Of a stretch of DNA of 64,000 nt, positions 1-8,745 are shown piece by piece. This DNA comes from Polyangia bacterium (lineage in GTDB: Bacteria; Myxococcota_A; Polyangia; Fen-1088): positions 40,756-104,755 of the forward strand of contig DASYCK010000079.1 of NCBI GenBank assembly GCA_036500205.1. The letters run 5' to 3'. Positions within the stretch are counted from its first letter, which is position 1; each line of letters starts with the position of its first letter. The notes under the pieces are model-generated. The model was not told the DNA's origin. It searched no databases and saw only the letters and a list, made by a program, of their open reading frames with translations. Both the position numbers and the translations under genes were made by a program.

Positions 1-22
1 CATGAACTGCGCGCCCGTCCCC

Positions 23-808
23 TCAGCCGAACCGACCGGTGATGTAGTCCTCGGTCTTGGACTGCTTCGGCTTCGTGAAGATGTTGTTGGTCCGATCGTA
101 CTCGACCAGTTCGCCCATGTAGAAAAATGCCGTCCAGTCCGACACCCGGGCCGCCTGCTGCATGTTGTGGGTGACGATGACGACCGTGTATTCGTGTGAC
201 AGCTCGTCGATGAGCTCCTCGATGTGCGCGGTGGCGATGGGATCGAGGGCCGAGGCCGGCTCGTCCATCAGCAGGACCTCGGGCTCGACCGCCAGGGCGC
301 GGGCGATGCACAGCCGCTGCTGCTGGCCGCCCGACATGCCGAGCGCGCTGTCCTGCAGGCGATCCTTGACCTCGTTCCACAGGGCCGCCTGGCCCAGCGC
401 CCGCTCCACGCGGCCGGCGATCTCGACCCGGTTCTTGAGGCCGCCGATGCGAAGCCCGTAGGCCACGTTCTCGAAGATCGACTTGGGAAAGGGGTTCGAC
501 CGCTGGAACACCATCCCGATGCGGCGGCGCACCACCACCGGATCGATGCCCGGGCCATAGATGGGGTCGCCGTCGAGGCGTACGTCGCCCGTCACCCGGC
601 AGGAGGGGATGAGCTCGTTCATGCGATTCAACGAGCGCAAGAAGGTCGACTTCCCGCAACCGGAGGGCCCGATCAGCGCCGTGACGTTCTTCTCGGGCAC
701 GTCGATGGTCATGGGGGCGAGCGCCCGCTTCTCCCCGTAGAACACCTGCAGGTCCCGCACCGCCAGCTTGATCGGGTGTTCCGTGCCCGCCACGGCGTTC
801 GCGCTCAA
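23..808 (-). CDS. pstB: Phosphate ABC transporter ATP-binding protein PstB
   Basis: C-terminal ~260 aa of ORF 23..1285(-). Walker [10 protein letters not shown], signature [15 protein letters not shown], Walker [12 protein letters not shown], PstB-type tail [10 protein letters not shown]. Start set at TTG 808, overlapping the pstA stop at 805-807; GTG 793 is an alternative. The upstream part of the ORF is Arg/Gly-rich junk. Confidence 0.9.
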   Translation of the reverse strand: MSANAVAGTEHPIKLAVRDLQVFYGEKRALAPMTIDVPEKNVTALIGPSGCGKSTFLRSLNRMNELIPSCRVTGDVRLDGDPIYGPGIDPVVVRRRIGMVFQRSNPFPKSIFENVAYGLRIGGLKNRVEIAGRVERALGQAALWNEVKDRLQDSALGMSGGQQQRLCIARALAVEPEVLLMDEPASALDPIATAHIEELIDELSHEYTVVIVTHNMQQAARVSDWTAFFYMGELVEYDRTNNIFTKPKQSKTEDYITGRFG

Positions 809-1776
809 TGGGCTCCTCCCGCGAAGCGCCGGCGCATGCGCGCCCGCACCACCACCGCGGACAAATTCAAGATGAACGTCAAGATGAGCAAGACCAGCAC
901 CGTTCCGTAGAGCAGAGGCTTCGTGGCGTCGACGTCGGGCGACTGGGTCGACAGCACGTAGATGTGATTTCCCAGATGCATGAACTGTTGATGAAGGCTG
1001 TCCGGCAGGTGCGGCAGGAAGTACGCGACTCCCGTGAAGAGGATGGGCGCCACCTCGCCGGCGCCCCGGCTGATGGCCAGGATGGTGCCGGTGAGGATGC
1101 CCGGGATCGCCTGGGGCAGCACGACGTGGAACACCGTCTGGAACTTCGTGGCCCCCAGCGCCAGCGACGCCTCGCGCAGCTCGCGCGGCACCGCGCGGAG
1201 CGCCTCCTCGGTGGCCACGATGACGACGGGGAGGGTCAGGATCGCCATCGTCAAGGCGGCCCACAACAAGGCCGGCTGCCCCCACACGCGGTGCCCGCCG
1301 TTGAAGACCTTGTCGAGACCTCCCCCCACGAACTGCACGAAGAATCCCAGCCCGAACAGCCCGAAGACGATGGAAGGGACGCCCGCCAGGTTGCCCACGG
1401 CGATCCGGACCCCGCGCGTGAGCAACGACGCGGCCGGGGCGTACTCGCGCAGGTAGACGGCCGTCGCCACCCCGACCGGGACCACTGCCACCGTCATGAT
1501 CATCACCATCACCAGCGTCCCGAAGAGTGCCGGGAAGATCCCCCCCTCGGTCATCCCTTGCTCGGGCGCCGTGAAGAAGAACCGCAGCGACAGCTTGGGC
1601 GCGCCGTGAATGACGACGTCGCCCAGGATGACGGCGAGGATGATCAACACCATCAAGATGGCCGCGCCCGACGCCACCGCGAGGGCCACATCACCGACGC
1701 GGTTGCGACGGGCCCGCATGAACGGCGAGGCGGGCGAGGACGACGCGGCGCCGTCCGTCACGCTGGCGACCGTCAC
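805..1776 (-). CDS. pstA: Phosphate ABC transporter permease PstA
   Basis: Only the last ~320 aa of ORF 805..2547(-) look protein-like. Multi-TM permease with loop [29 protein letters not shown] 1776 overlaps the pstC TGA (GTGA); ATG 1719 is an alternative. Confidence 0.85.
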   Translation of the reverse strand: MTVASVTDGAASSSPASPFMRARRNRVGDVALAVASGAAILMVLIILAVILGDVVIHGAPKLSLRFFFTAPEQGMTEGGIFPALFGTLVMVMIMTVAVVPVGVATAVYLREYAPAASLLTRGVRIAVGNLAGVPSIVFGLFGLGFFVQFVGGGLDKVFNGGHRVWGQPALLWAALTMAILTLPVVIVATEEALRAVPRELREASLALGATKFQTVFHVVLPQAIPGILTGTILAISRGAGEVAPILFTGVAYFLPHLPDSLHQQFMHLGNHIYVLSTQSPDVDATKPLLYGTVLVLLILTFILNLSAVVVRARMRRRFAGGAH

Positions 1777-2828
1777 AGGGGGACCCCCAGGCGGCGCTTC
1801 ATGCGGTTGATGATCCAGTCGCCCGCGAAGTTCACGATGAACGTGCTGATGAACAGCAAGGTCCCCAGATAGAACAGCACGGTGTAGTGCGCGCCCCCGA
1901 AGACCACCTCGGCCAGCTCGGCGGCGATGGTGGCAGACAGCGTGCGCACCGAATCGGCGAAGGTCGCCGAGAGAATGGCCGCGTTGCCGGACGCCATCAG
2001 CACGATCATCGTCTCCCCGACGGCCCGCCCCAGACCCAGCGCCACCCCGGCGGCGATGCCGGGGCTGGCCGCGGGGAGGACCACGCGCAGGATCGTCTGC
2101 CAGCGTGCCGCTCCCAGCGCGACCGACGCCTCGACGTAGCTGCGCGGAACGGCGCCGAACGCCTCCTCGCTGATGGTGAAGATGACGGGGATGATCGCGA
2201 ACGACAGCGCCACGCCCGCCACCACGGCGTTCAGCCGGGACTCCACCCCGAACGTGTTCTGCATCCAGCTGGCCATCACCATCAAGCCGAAGAAGCCGAG
2301 CACCACCGAGGGGATGCCAGCCAGCAATTCCACCACCGGCTTCACGATCTCGCGAACGCGGGGGCGGGCGTACTGCGACACGTACAGCGCGGCGCCCACG
2401 CCCAGCGGAACGCCGAAGAACATCGCGACGATCGTGACCTTCACGGTCCCCACGATCAGCGGCCAGAGGCCGTACTTGGGAATGTCGGAGACCGGCTGCC
2501 ACACGTGGTCGGGCTGGTCGTATCCCGGCCACTGCTGCGCGAACCACATCTGCTTCAGCGTGACTTCCTTGTGAACCTCCGAGCTGGTGAGCAGCGGGAT
2601 GGCCTCCCGCGCCACGAACACGAAGATGAGGATCACGGCCGCGATGGCGGCCAGCGCCATCACGCGAATCATGACCTCGGCGACCTTGTGCCAGACGGGC
2701 GGAGGCACCAGGACGACACGCGCGGCGAAGGGGTGTCGTTGGGCCATCTCTTTGATCTGCGGCTCGGTTCGGACGCGGTCAGGTTTCGTTGCCGCCGTAT
2801 AAATGACGGCTTCGTCCGGCGGCGACAT
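1773..2828 (-). CDS. pstC: Phosphate ABC transporter permease PstC
   Basis: ORF 1773..2894(-). Permease loop ASVALGAARWQTILRVVLPAASPGIAAG. ATG 2828 (MSPPDEA..) is preferred because GTG 2894 lies inside the Pho-box-like repeat. Confidence 0.85.
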   Translation of the reverse strand: MSPPDEAVIYTAATKPDRVRTEPQIKEMAQRHPFAARVVLVPPPVWHKVAEVMIRVMALAAIAAVILIFVFVAREAIPLLTSSEVHKEVTLKQMWFAQQWPGYDQPDHVWQPVSDIPKYGLWPLIVGTVKVTIVAMFFGVPLGVGAALYVSQYARPRVREIVKPVVELLAGIPSVVLGFFGLMVMASWMQNTFGVESRLNAVVAGVALSFAIIPVIFTISEEAFGAVPRSYVEASVALGAARWQTILRVVLPAASPGIAAGVALGLGRAVGETMIVLMASGNAAILSATFADSVRTLSATIAAELAEVVFGGAHYTVLFYLGTLLFISTFIVNFAGDWIINRMKRRLGVPL

Positions 2829-2872
2829 GGTCAGCACTACACCACCCCAAGATGGCGCGTCCGCATCCAGAT

Positions 2873-2890
2873 TGTGACGTTTCTGTGACA
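2873..2890 (-). promoter_or_regulatory. Pho-box-like direct repeat upstream of pstC
   Basis: The minus strand reads TGTCACA-GAAA-CGTCACA: two 7-mers in 11-bp phase, 44 nt upstream of pstC ATG 2828. It resembles the enterobacterial Pho box CTGTCAT-N4-CTGTCAT. phoB-phoR sit immediately upstream. Confidence 0.5.
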
Positions 2891-2954
2891 CCACCAGAGC
2901 TCTCTCCTGCCCGCCCCTGCTCTCCCGGCGACCCCGACGTCAGAGCGAGCTCTG

Positions 2955-3063
2955 CGAGCGGGTCCAAGCCCCCGGAAGGCGCGGCTTCGCCGCGCCGGCA
3001 TCGTCGGCCTCCTGTTCGGGGGAGCTCATGAGGTGCTCATGAGGGGGCGTGCCCCCTCATGCT
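2955..3063 (+). repeat. REP-like intergenic palindromic element, copy A
   Basis: About 110 bp, shared with the reverse complement of 23896..24010. Shared blocks: GAGCG-GTCCAAGC-CCCGG-AGGCGCGGCT..GCCGCGCCGGC (hairpin), CGGCCT, TTCGGGGGAGCTCATGAGG, and CATGAGGGGGCGTGCCCCCTCATG (11-bp perfect arms). It overlaps the phoR stop codon. Confidence 0.8.
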
Positions 3064-4823
3064 CTGAGCGTGAACGAGAAGGTCGTCCCCTTGCCGGGCG
3101 TGCTCTCCACGCTGACGTTCCCCCCCATCGTCTCGACCAGGTGCTTGACGATCGATAACCCCAGGCCAGTCCCCCCCATGTCCCGCGAACGGCCCTTGTC
3201 GGCCCGGTAGAAGCGCTCGAACAGCCGCGGCAGGTGCTTGGGCTCGATGCCGGGGCCGGTGTCCTCGACCGAAACTCGGAAGATCCCCTCGCGCTCCACC
3301 ACGCGGACGGTGACGCTGACGTTGTCGCGGCAGTATTTTACGGCGTTCTCGATCAGGTTCGTCAGGATCTGCTCGACGGCGCGCTTGTCGGCGCGCGCGA
3401 TGGAGGGCCCGGGCGGCGTCACCAGGCTCATCGTCAGGTGCTTCTTCTCGCCCGCCTCGCGGAACTGGGCCAGCACCAGCTCCGCCAGCTCGGCGATGTT
3501 CACCGCCTCGGATTGGGGCCGGAACTGCTTGGACTCGATGCGGGACAGCTCGAGCAGATCCTCGACCAGATCCTGCAAGCGCAGGGCGTTTCGCTCGATC
3601 ATGTCGACGAACCGCACCGCGGCCTCGGGATCTTTCTCGATGGCGCGACGGGCGGTCTCCGCCGCCGAGCGCACCGCCGCGATCGGCGTGCGCAGCTCGT
3701 GAGACACGTTGGCGACGAAATCCTTCCGCATCGTCTCCAGCCTTCGGATCTCTGTCACGTCGACGAACACGGCCACCAGACCGCGCGGCTCGCCCCCCAG
3801 CGGCGTCGAGTGAACCATGAAGCGCCGCGGCCCCAGACCCGCCATCTCCACCTCGCCGGAGGCTGACTTCCCGGTCGAGGCAGAGCTGTCGAGCACCGCC
3901 TGCAGCTCGGCGTTGCGAATCGTCTCGATGGGCAGGCGCCCCACCAGATCGGACCCCAGCAGCAGCATCTCGCGCAACGCCCGGTTGATGAGGAGGATGC
4001 GCAGGTTGCGATCGAGCACCAGCACCCCCTCCTGCATCGACTCGAGCATGCGTCCCAGCAGGTCGCGCTCCCCGCGCAGCGCGGTCAGGCTCTGTGACAG
4101 GTTCTCGGCCAGGCCGTCCAGCGTCCGTCCCAGCGCGCCGATCTCGTCTTCCCCGCTCAGACGAATGCGCACGTCCAGATCGCCCGACGACATCCGCCGG
4201 GCCGCCTGGGTGATGCCGCGCAGGGCCCGCGACATCAACTGGGCCGCGATGGTCGCCATCACCACGGAGACGGAGAGGGCGAGAAACGCGGCGATGACCA
4301 GCGCCCGGTGGAACCGGCCCACGGCCCCTTCCAGGCGGCCGAGCGGCTCGGCCACGCGAACGGCGCCGACGACGCCCTGCCCGTCGGCGGAGCGCACCGG
4401 TACCGCCGCGTAGAACAGGCGGTGGCGCAAGGTCCCGCTCCACCGGATGGCGTCGCCCCGTTGCCCCCGCAGCGCCGCCGCGATCTCCGGACGGTCGCGG
4501 TGGTTCTCCAGCCCCGCCAGGGCGGGGAGCTCGACGTCCGAGTCGCCGATGACCACGCCGTCGGCGCGCACGACGGTCACCCGCAGATGGGAACGACGGC
4601 CGAACTCGTCGGCCCAGTGATCCCAGTCGGCGGGGCCGAGATCGATCGAGCGCCCCGCGGCTTGATACTCGATCAGGTCGAGCCGCCCGAACAGATCATC
4701 GCGGATGCCGTCGACGATGTCGTGCTCGAGCTGGCGACGCACCGCCACCTCGAGGACCAGAATCGAAACGGCGATCAACCCCAGCGACACCAGAACCAGC
4801 TTGGCTCTGATGTCGAGCTTCAT
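3057..4823 (-). CDS. phoR: Phosphate regulon sensor histidine kinase PhoR-like
   Basis: ORF 3057..5102(-). ATG 4823 overlaps the phoB TGA (ATGA). N-terminal TM, HAMP/PAS region, H-box SHELRTPI, ATPase boxes LIENAVKY, DTGPGI, GGTGLGLSIVKH. Confidence 0.85.
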   Translation of the reverse strand: MKLDIRAKLVLVSLGLIAVSILVLEVAVRRQLEHDIVDGIRDDLFGRLDLIEYQAAGRSIDLGPADWDHWADEFGRRSHLRVTVVRADGVVIGDSDVELPALAGLENHRDRPEIAAALRGQRGDAIRWSGTLRHRLFYAAVPVRSADGQGVVGAVRVAEPLGRLEGAVGRFHRALVIAAFLALSVSVVMATIAAQLMSRALRGITQAARRMSSGDLDVRIRLSGEDEIGALGRTLDGLAENLSQSLTALRGERDLLGRMLESMQEGVLVLDRNLRILLINRALREMLLLGSDLVGRLPIETIRNAELQAVLDSSASTGKSASGEVEMAGLGPRRFMVHSTPLGGEPRGLVAVFVDVTEIRRLETMRKDFVANVSHELRTPIAAVRSAAETARRAIEKDPEAAVRFVDMIERNALRLQDLVEDLLELSRIESKQFRPQSEAVNIAELAELVLAQFREAGEKKHLTMSLVTPPGPSIARADKRAVEQILTNLIENAVKYCRDNVSVTVRVVEREGIFRVSVEDTGPGIEPKHLPRLFERFYRADKGRSRDMGGTGLGLSIVKHLVETMGGNVSVESTPGKGTTFSFTLRA

Positions 4824-5551
4824 TTTGGCTCCCGATCGTGCGCCCCATCGCCGTCCGGGGGGCTGCCGACGAACCGATAGCCGACGCCCCTGACCGTCTC
4901 GATGTACGCCCCCACCTCGCCCAGCTTTTCGCGCAGGCGCTTGACGTGGGTGTCGATGGTGCGGGTCATGTTCTCCTGGCTGGCGCCCCAGACGTCGTCG
5001 AGCAAGGCTCCCCGAGACTGCACGCGGTTCCTGCGCTCGTACAGCGTGCACACGAGCTTGAACTCGAGCGGGGTCAGCATCAGCTCCTGGGCGTCGACCC
5101 ACACACGGTGAGCGCCCACGTCGATGGTCAGCCGACCGAAGCGCACCGGCTTCGTCGTCGTCGCGACCTCCTCGGCGGGGACGGTTCCGCGGCGCAAGAC
5201 GGCGCGCAAGCGCAGCAACAGCTCGCGCACGCTGAACGGCTTGACCACGTAGTCGTCGGCGCCCAGCTCGAAGCCGACGACGCGGTCGATCTCCTCACCG
5301 CGGGCGGTGACCATCACCACCGGGACGTCGCGGGTGTTCTTCCCCGCCTTCAGGGCCCGGCACACCTCGAGGCCCGAGATGTCGGGCAGCATCAGATCGA
5401 GCAGCACCAGGTCGATCGACTGGTCGGCCGCCCACTCCAGGGCCTTGCGCCCCTCGCCAAACGTCACCACTTCGTGGCCGGCGTCCCGCAAGTTGTAGTC
5501 GAGAACCTGTCGGAGGTCGGCCTCATCCTCCACAACCAATATTCGCGCCAT
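4820..5551 (-). CDS. phoB: OmpR/PhoB-family response regulator
   Basis: Receiver motifs VVEDE, LLDLMLPD, VVKPF, plus winged helix TIDTHVKRLREKL..VRGVGYRF. Coupled to phoR and located upstream of pstCAB. Confidence 0.85.
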   Translation of the reverse strand: MARILVVEDEADLRQVLDYNLRDAGHEVVTFGEGRKALEWAADQSIDLVLLDLMLPDISGLEVCRALKAGKNTRDVPVVMVTARGEEIDRVVGFELGADDYVVKPFSVRELLLRLRAVLRRGTVPAEEVATTTKPVRFGRLTIDVGAHRVWVDAQELMLTPLEFKLVCTLYERRNRVQSRGALLDDVWGASQENMTRTIDTHVKRLREKLGEVGAYIETVRGVGYRFVGSPPDGDGAHDREPK

Positions 5552-5620
5552 GGCGGCGCGAGCGTAACACGGGGGCCAACCGCCGTTGGTTTCGATTCAG
5601 TGGCGGCGCGGGCCGCCCCG

Positions 5621-7099
5621 TCAGCCAGGAAACGCGTGGCCGCGCCGCCGCGCGTAGGCATCCCGGTAGAGCTGCTCGTACGCCGCCGCCGCCCGCCCCC
5701 AGGAATTGTCCTGCGCCATCGCCGTCCGTCGCATCTTGTCCACGTGCTTCGGACGATCGAAGTAGGTCGACTGGGCCCACCCGATGGTGTTGGTCAGCCC
5801 GTCGACGGTCAGGTTGTCGAACATGAACCCCGTCCCCGTCACGTCCCTCTCGTCGTAGTTGACCACAGTGTCGCGCAGCCCGCCGGTGGCGCGCACCACC
5901 GGCAGCGTGCCGTAGCGCAGGCTGTACATCTGGTTGAGACCGCACGGCTCGAAGCGCGACGGCATGAGGAAGAAATCACACCCCGCCTCGATCCGATGCG
6001 CCAGCCCGTCGTCGAAGCCCAGATAGGCGCGGAACTTGTCGCCGCGTTGATAGGCGAGCGCCGCGAAGAACTTTTCGGCATCGGGATCGCCCGAGCCCAG
6101 CAGGACCAGCTGGAGATCCCAGGCCAGCAGGCGCTCGAGCGCGTGCGCCAGCACGTCGAGCCCCTTCTGCGACGTGAGACGTCCGATCACGCCGTAGAGC
6201 GGAACGTCCGCGAGCTGGGGGAGACCCACCTCCTTTTGCAGCGCCGCCTTGCAGGCCGCCTTGCCGGTCAGGTCGACGACGTCGAAGTTTCGCGCCAGGT
6301 GGGGATCGGTGGCCGGGTTCCACTCGTCGAAGTCGATGCCGTTCAGGATGCCGAACAGATCGTCGCGCCGTGACGCCAGGACGCCGTCGAGGCCGAAGCC
6401 ATACTCCGACGTCTGGATCTCCCCGGCGTAGGTGGGGCTGACGGTCGAAAGCAGCGTGCTGTGGGCGAGCGACGCCTTCATCAGGTTGAGATCGCCGAAG
6501 TGTTCGAACTCGCCCGGATGGAAATGTTGCTGCCCCAGCCCGGTGATGAACATCGCCCCCGCCTCGAAGTTCCCCTGGTAGGCGAGGTTGTGGATCGAGA
6601 ACACGGTCGCGGAGGCGTGCAGCGGTCGCGACCACTCCACGGTGTTGACGTAGGGAGCGATCAACCCCGTCTGCCAGTCGTTGGCGTGAATGACGTCGGG
6701 CATGAAGCCGAGCGCCTTGCACAGCTCGAGCGACGCACGCGAGAAGAACGCGAACCGCTCGAGGTTGTCGGGGTAGGCCTGGCCGGGAGGCCCATACAGG
6801 TACGGGCGATCGAAGAAGCGGTTGTACTCGATGAAGTAGATGGGGACGTCGCTGCCGGGCAGCCGCCCGGCGCGGACCGCGGCACGCGTCGAGCCGAAGT
6901 ACATCGGGACGTTCAGCAGGCCGTCGAGGACCTCGAGATCGGCCCAGTTGATCCCGCCGTACAGCGGCATCACCACCCGCACGTCGATCCCGCGCTTGCG
7001 CAGCGCGCGCGGCAACGCCCCCGCGACATCGGCGAGACCGCCGGTCTTGCGAAAGGGTGCCACTTCGGACGCGACGAACAGGACTTTGAGCGGGGGCAT
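5621..7099 (-). CDS. glgA: Glycogen (starch) synthase
   Basis: 492 aa. N-terminus MPPLKVLFVASEVAPFRKTGGLADV (KTGGL motif) and a GT5 C-terminal half (MPSRFEPCGLNQMY). Confidence 0.92.
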   Translation of the reverse strand: MPPLKVLFVASEVAPFRKTGGLADVAGALPRALRKRGIDVRVVMPLYGGINWADLEVLDGLLNVPMYFGSTRAAVRAGRLPGSDVPIYFIEYNRFFDRPYLYGPPGQAYPDNLERFAFFSRASLELCKALGFMPDVIHANDWQTGLIAPYVNTVEWSRPLHASATVFSIHNLAYQGNFEAGAMFITGLGQQHFHPGEFEHFGDLNLMKASLAHSTLLSTVSPTYAGEIQTSEYGFGLDGVLASRRDDLFGILNGIDFDEWNPATDPHLARNFDVVDLTGKAACKAALQKEVGLPQLADVPLYGVIGRLTSQKGLDVLAHALERLLAWDLQLVLLGSGDPDAEKFFAALAYQRGDKFRAYLGFDDGLAHRIEAGCDFFLMPSRFEPCGLNQMYSLRYGTLPVVRATGGLRDTVVNYDERDVTGTGFMFDNLTVDGLTNTIGWAQSTYFDRPKHVDKMRRTAMAQDNSWGRAAAAYEQLYRDAYARRRGHAFPG

Positions 7100-7149
7100 C
7101 TAGAATTGGGGGCGGGCGGGACGCGAACCGACGCGGTGGCGCGGGATCT

Positions 7150-8745
7150 TCAGCTCGCGTAGATGCGGTAGTCGATGTCGGGAAAGATGTTGTCCTTCCC
7201 TTCGAGCTCCGAAAGAAATGGTTCGTCCACGGTCCCAGCGCGCAGACCGTCGTACAGCCTGTTGAAGCGCACCACGTGCTCGTTGAAGCGGCGCGTGGCG
7301 TAGGGAACCGTCGTCCCCGTCGACATGATGAACGTCCAGTCACTCGACTGCGCCAGCATCAGCTCGCGCGCCGTCTGATTGAGGGCGCGAATGGTCAAGG
7401 GATCGGTGGCGCGGGCGTTCGTGCGCGACAGCTCGACCATGCGCTCGCCCGCCGCGTGGACGTGCCGGTAGGTCCAGGCGTTGGTCTCGTTCAGCCACTG
7501 ATCGCTGTAGCCCTTGCGCCCCCACGACGAGGCGCTCGGCGTCGCCTGCTGGTTGGTGGGATGCCGCTCGAGGTAGTCGCCCGGCGTGAGCGGCTCGATC
7601 GTCGACTGATCGTAGTGCAACTGGCGGAACAGATCGCCGAGGAAGATCGGCCCCTCGTACCACCAGTGCCCGTACAGCTCGGCGTCGTAGGGGCTGACGA
7701 TCATGGGCGGGCGATCGAGGCCGCCGGCCAGCCGCTGCGCCTGCTTCTCCATGTTGCCGCGGAAGTGCGCGGCGTGCAGGCCCGCCTTGCCGCGCGCGAT
7801 GTCCGGATCGTAGACCCACTTGTCGTGCAGCTGGTTGTGGGTGATCGCGTGATACTTGAAGCCGGTGTACATCCTGTGCCCCTCGGGGTGGATGTGCGGC
7901 GCGATGTAGTCCATCGGCAGATCGAAGCCGATGTCGCGATAGAAGTCGCGGTAGTGCGGGTCGCCCGGGTAGCCGTGCTGCGCGCTCCACACCTGCTCCG
8001 AGGACTCGGTGTCGCGCCCGAAGGCCGCCACCCCCGTGGGACAGTAGAGGGGCGCGTACACGCCGTAGGCGGGGCGGCGATCGGCGTTCAGGATCGCGTG
8101 CGTGTCGACCAGGAAATAGCGCACGGCCGCCTCGCGAAGCAGCTCGTCGACCCCGGGGACATAGCCACACTCCCCCAGCCACATGCCGAGCGATCGGCGA
8201 CCGAAATGCTTCTCGTAGAGATCGGCGGCGGTGTGAACCTGGGCGCGGATGGCGGCCCAGTTACGGTCCATGAGCGGGAAGAACGCGTGCGTCGCCGTCG
8301 AGGTGATGACCTCGAGACGCCCCGCCTCCTGCAAGCGTCGAAACGCCTGCACCAGGTTCCCCTCGTGGCTGCGCCAGGTGTGGCGCAGGCTCTGGAACCT
8401 GTCGCTGTACATCTGCGCCAGCCGCATGTAGTGCGGCTCGGACTTGGTCCGCACCAGCTCCTTTTGCGCCAGCGCGATCAGGTCATCGAGGTACTCGGCG
8501 TAGCGCTCTTTCAGCAGATCGTCGGTCAGCATCGTGATGAGCGGCGCCGACAGCGAGACGGTGCAACGGAACGGAATGCGATCGGTCATCAGACCTTCGA
8601 AGGTCTGGATGAGCGGCAGGTACGTGCCGGTGATGGCCTCGTACAGCCAGTCCTCCTCCATCACCGTCGGGTCCTCGGGATGACGGACGAACGGGAGGTG
8701 GGCGTGAAGAATCAGAGAAAAGTAGCCGGTCGCCATGTCTCTCAT
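7150..8745 (-). CDS. GH57-family 1,4-alpha-glucan branching enzyme
   Basis: 531 aa. N-terminus YFSLILHAHLPFVRHPE.., typical of GH57 branching enzymes. The ATG overlaps the upstream gene's stop (ATGA at 8742-8745). Confidence 0.8.
   Translation of the reverse strand: MRDMATGYFSLILHAHLPFVRHPEDPTVMEEDWLYEAITGTYLPLIQTFEGLMTDRIPFRCTVSLSAPLITMLTDDLLKERYAEYLDDLIALAQKELVRTKSEPHYMRLAQMYSDRFQSLRHTWRSHEGNLVQAFRRLQEAGRLEVITSTATHAFFPLMDRNWAAIRAQVHTAADLYEKHFGRRSLGMWLGECGYVPGVDELLREAAVRYFLVDTHAILNADRRPAYGVYAPLYCPTGVAAFGRDTESSEQVWSAQHGYPGDPHYRDFYRDIGFDLPMDYIAPHIHPEGHRMYTGFKYHAITHNQLHDKWVYDPDIARGKAGLHAAHFRGNMEKQAQRLAGGLDRPPMIVSPYDAELYGHWWYEGPIFLGDLFRQLHYDQSTIEPLTPGDYLERHPTNQQATPSASSWGRKGYSDQWLNETNAWTYRHVHAAGERMVELSRTNARATDPLTIRALNQTARELMLAQSSDWTFIMSTGTTVPYATRRFNEHVVRFNRLYDGLRAGTVDEPFLSELEGKDNIFPDIDYRIYAS

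Noticed and set aside
2-199. 65-aa plus-strand ORF at the left edge
   Set aside because: It is antisense to the pstB 3' end and has no supporting signals.
2829-2894. GTG 2894 as the pstC start (22 extra residues)
   Set aside because: That GTG sits inside the Pho-box-like repeat. ATG 2828 leaves a sensible promoter/leader.
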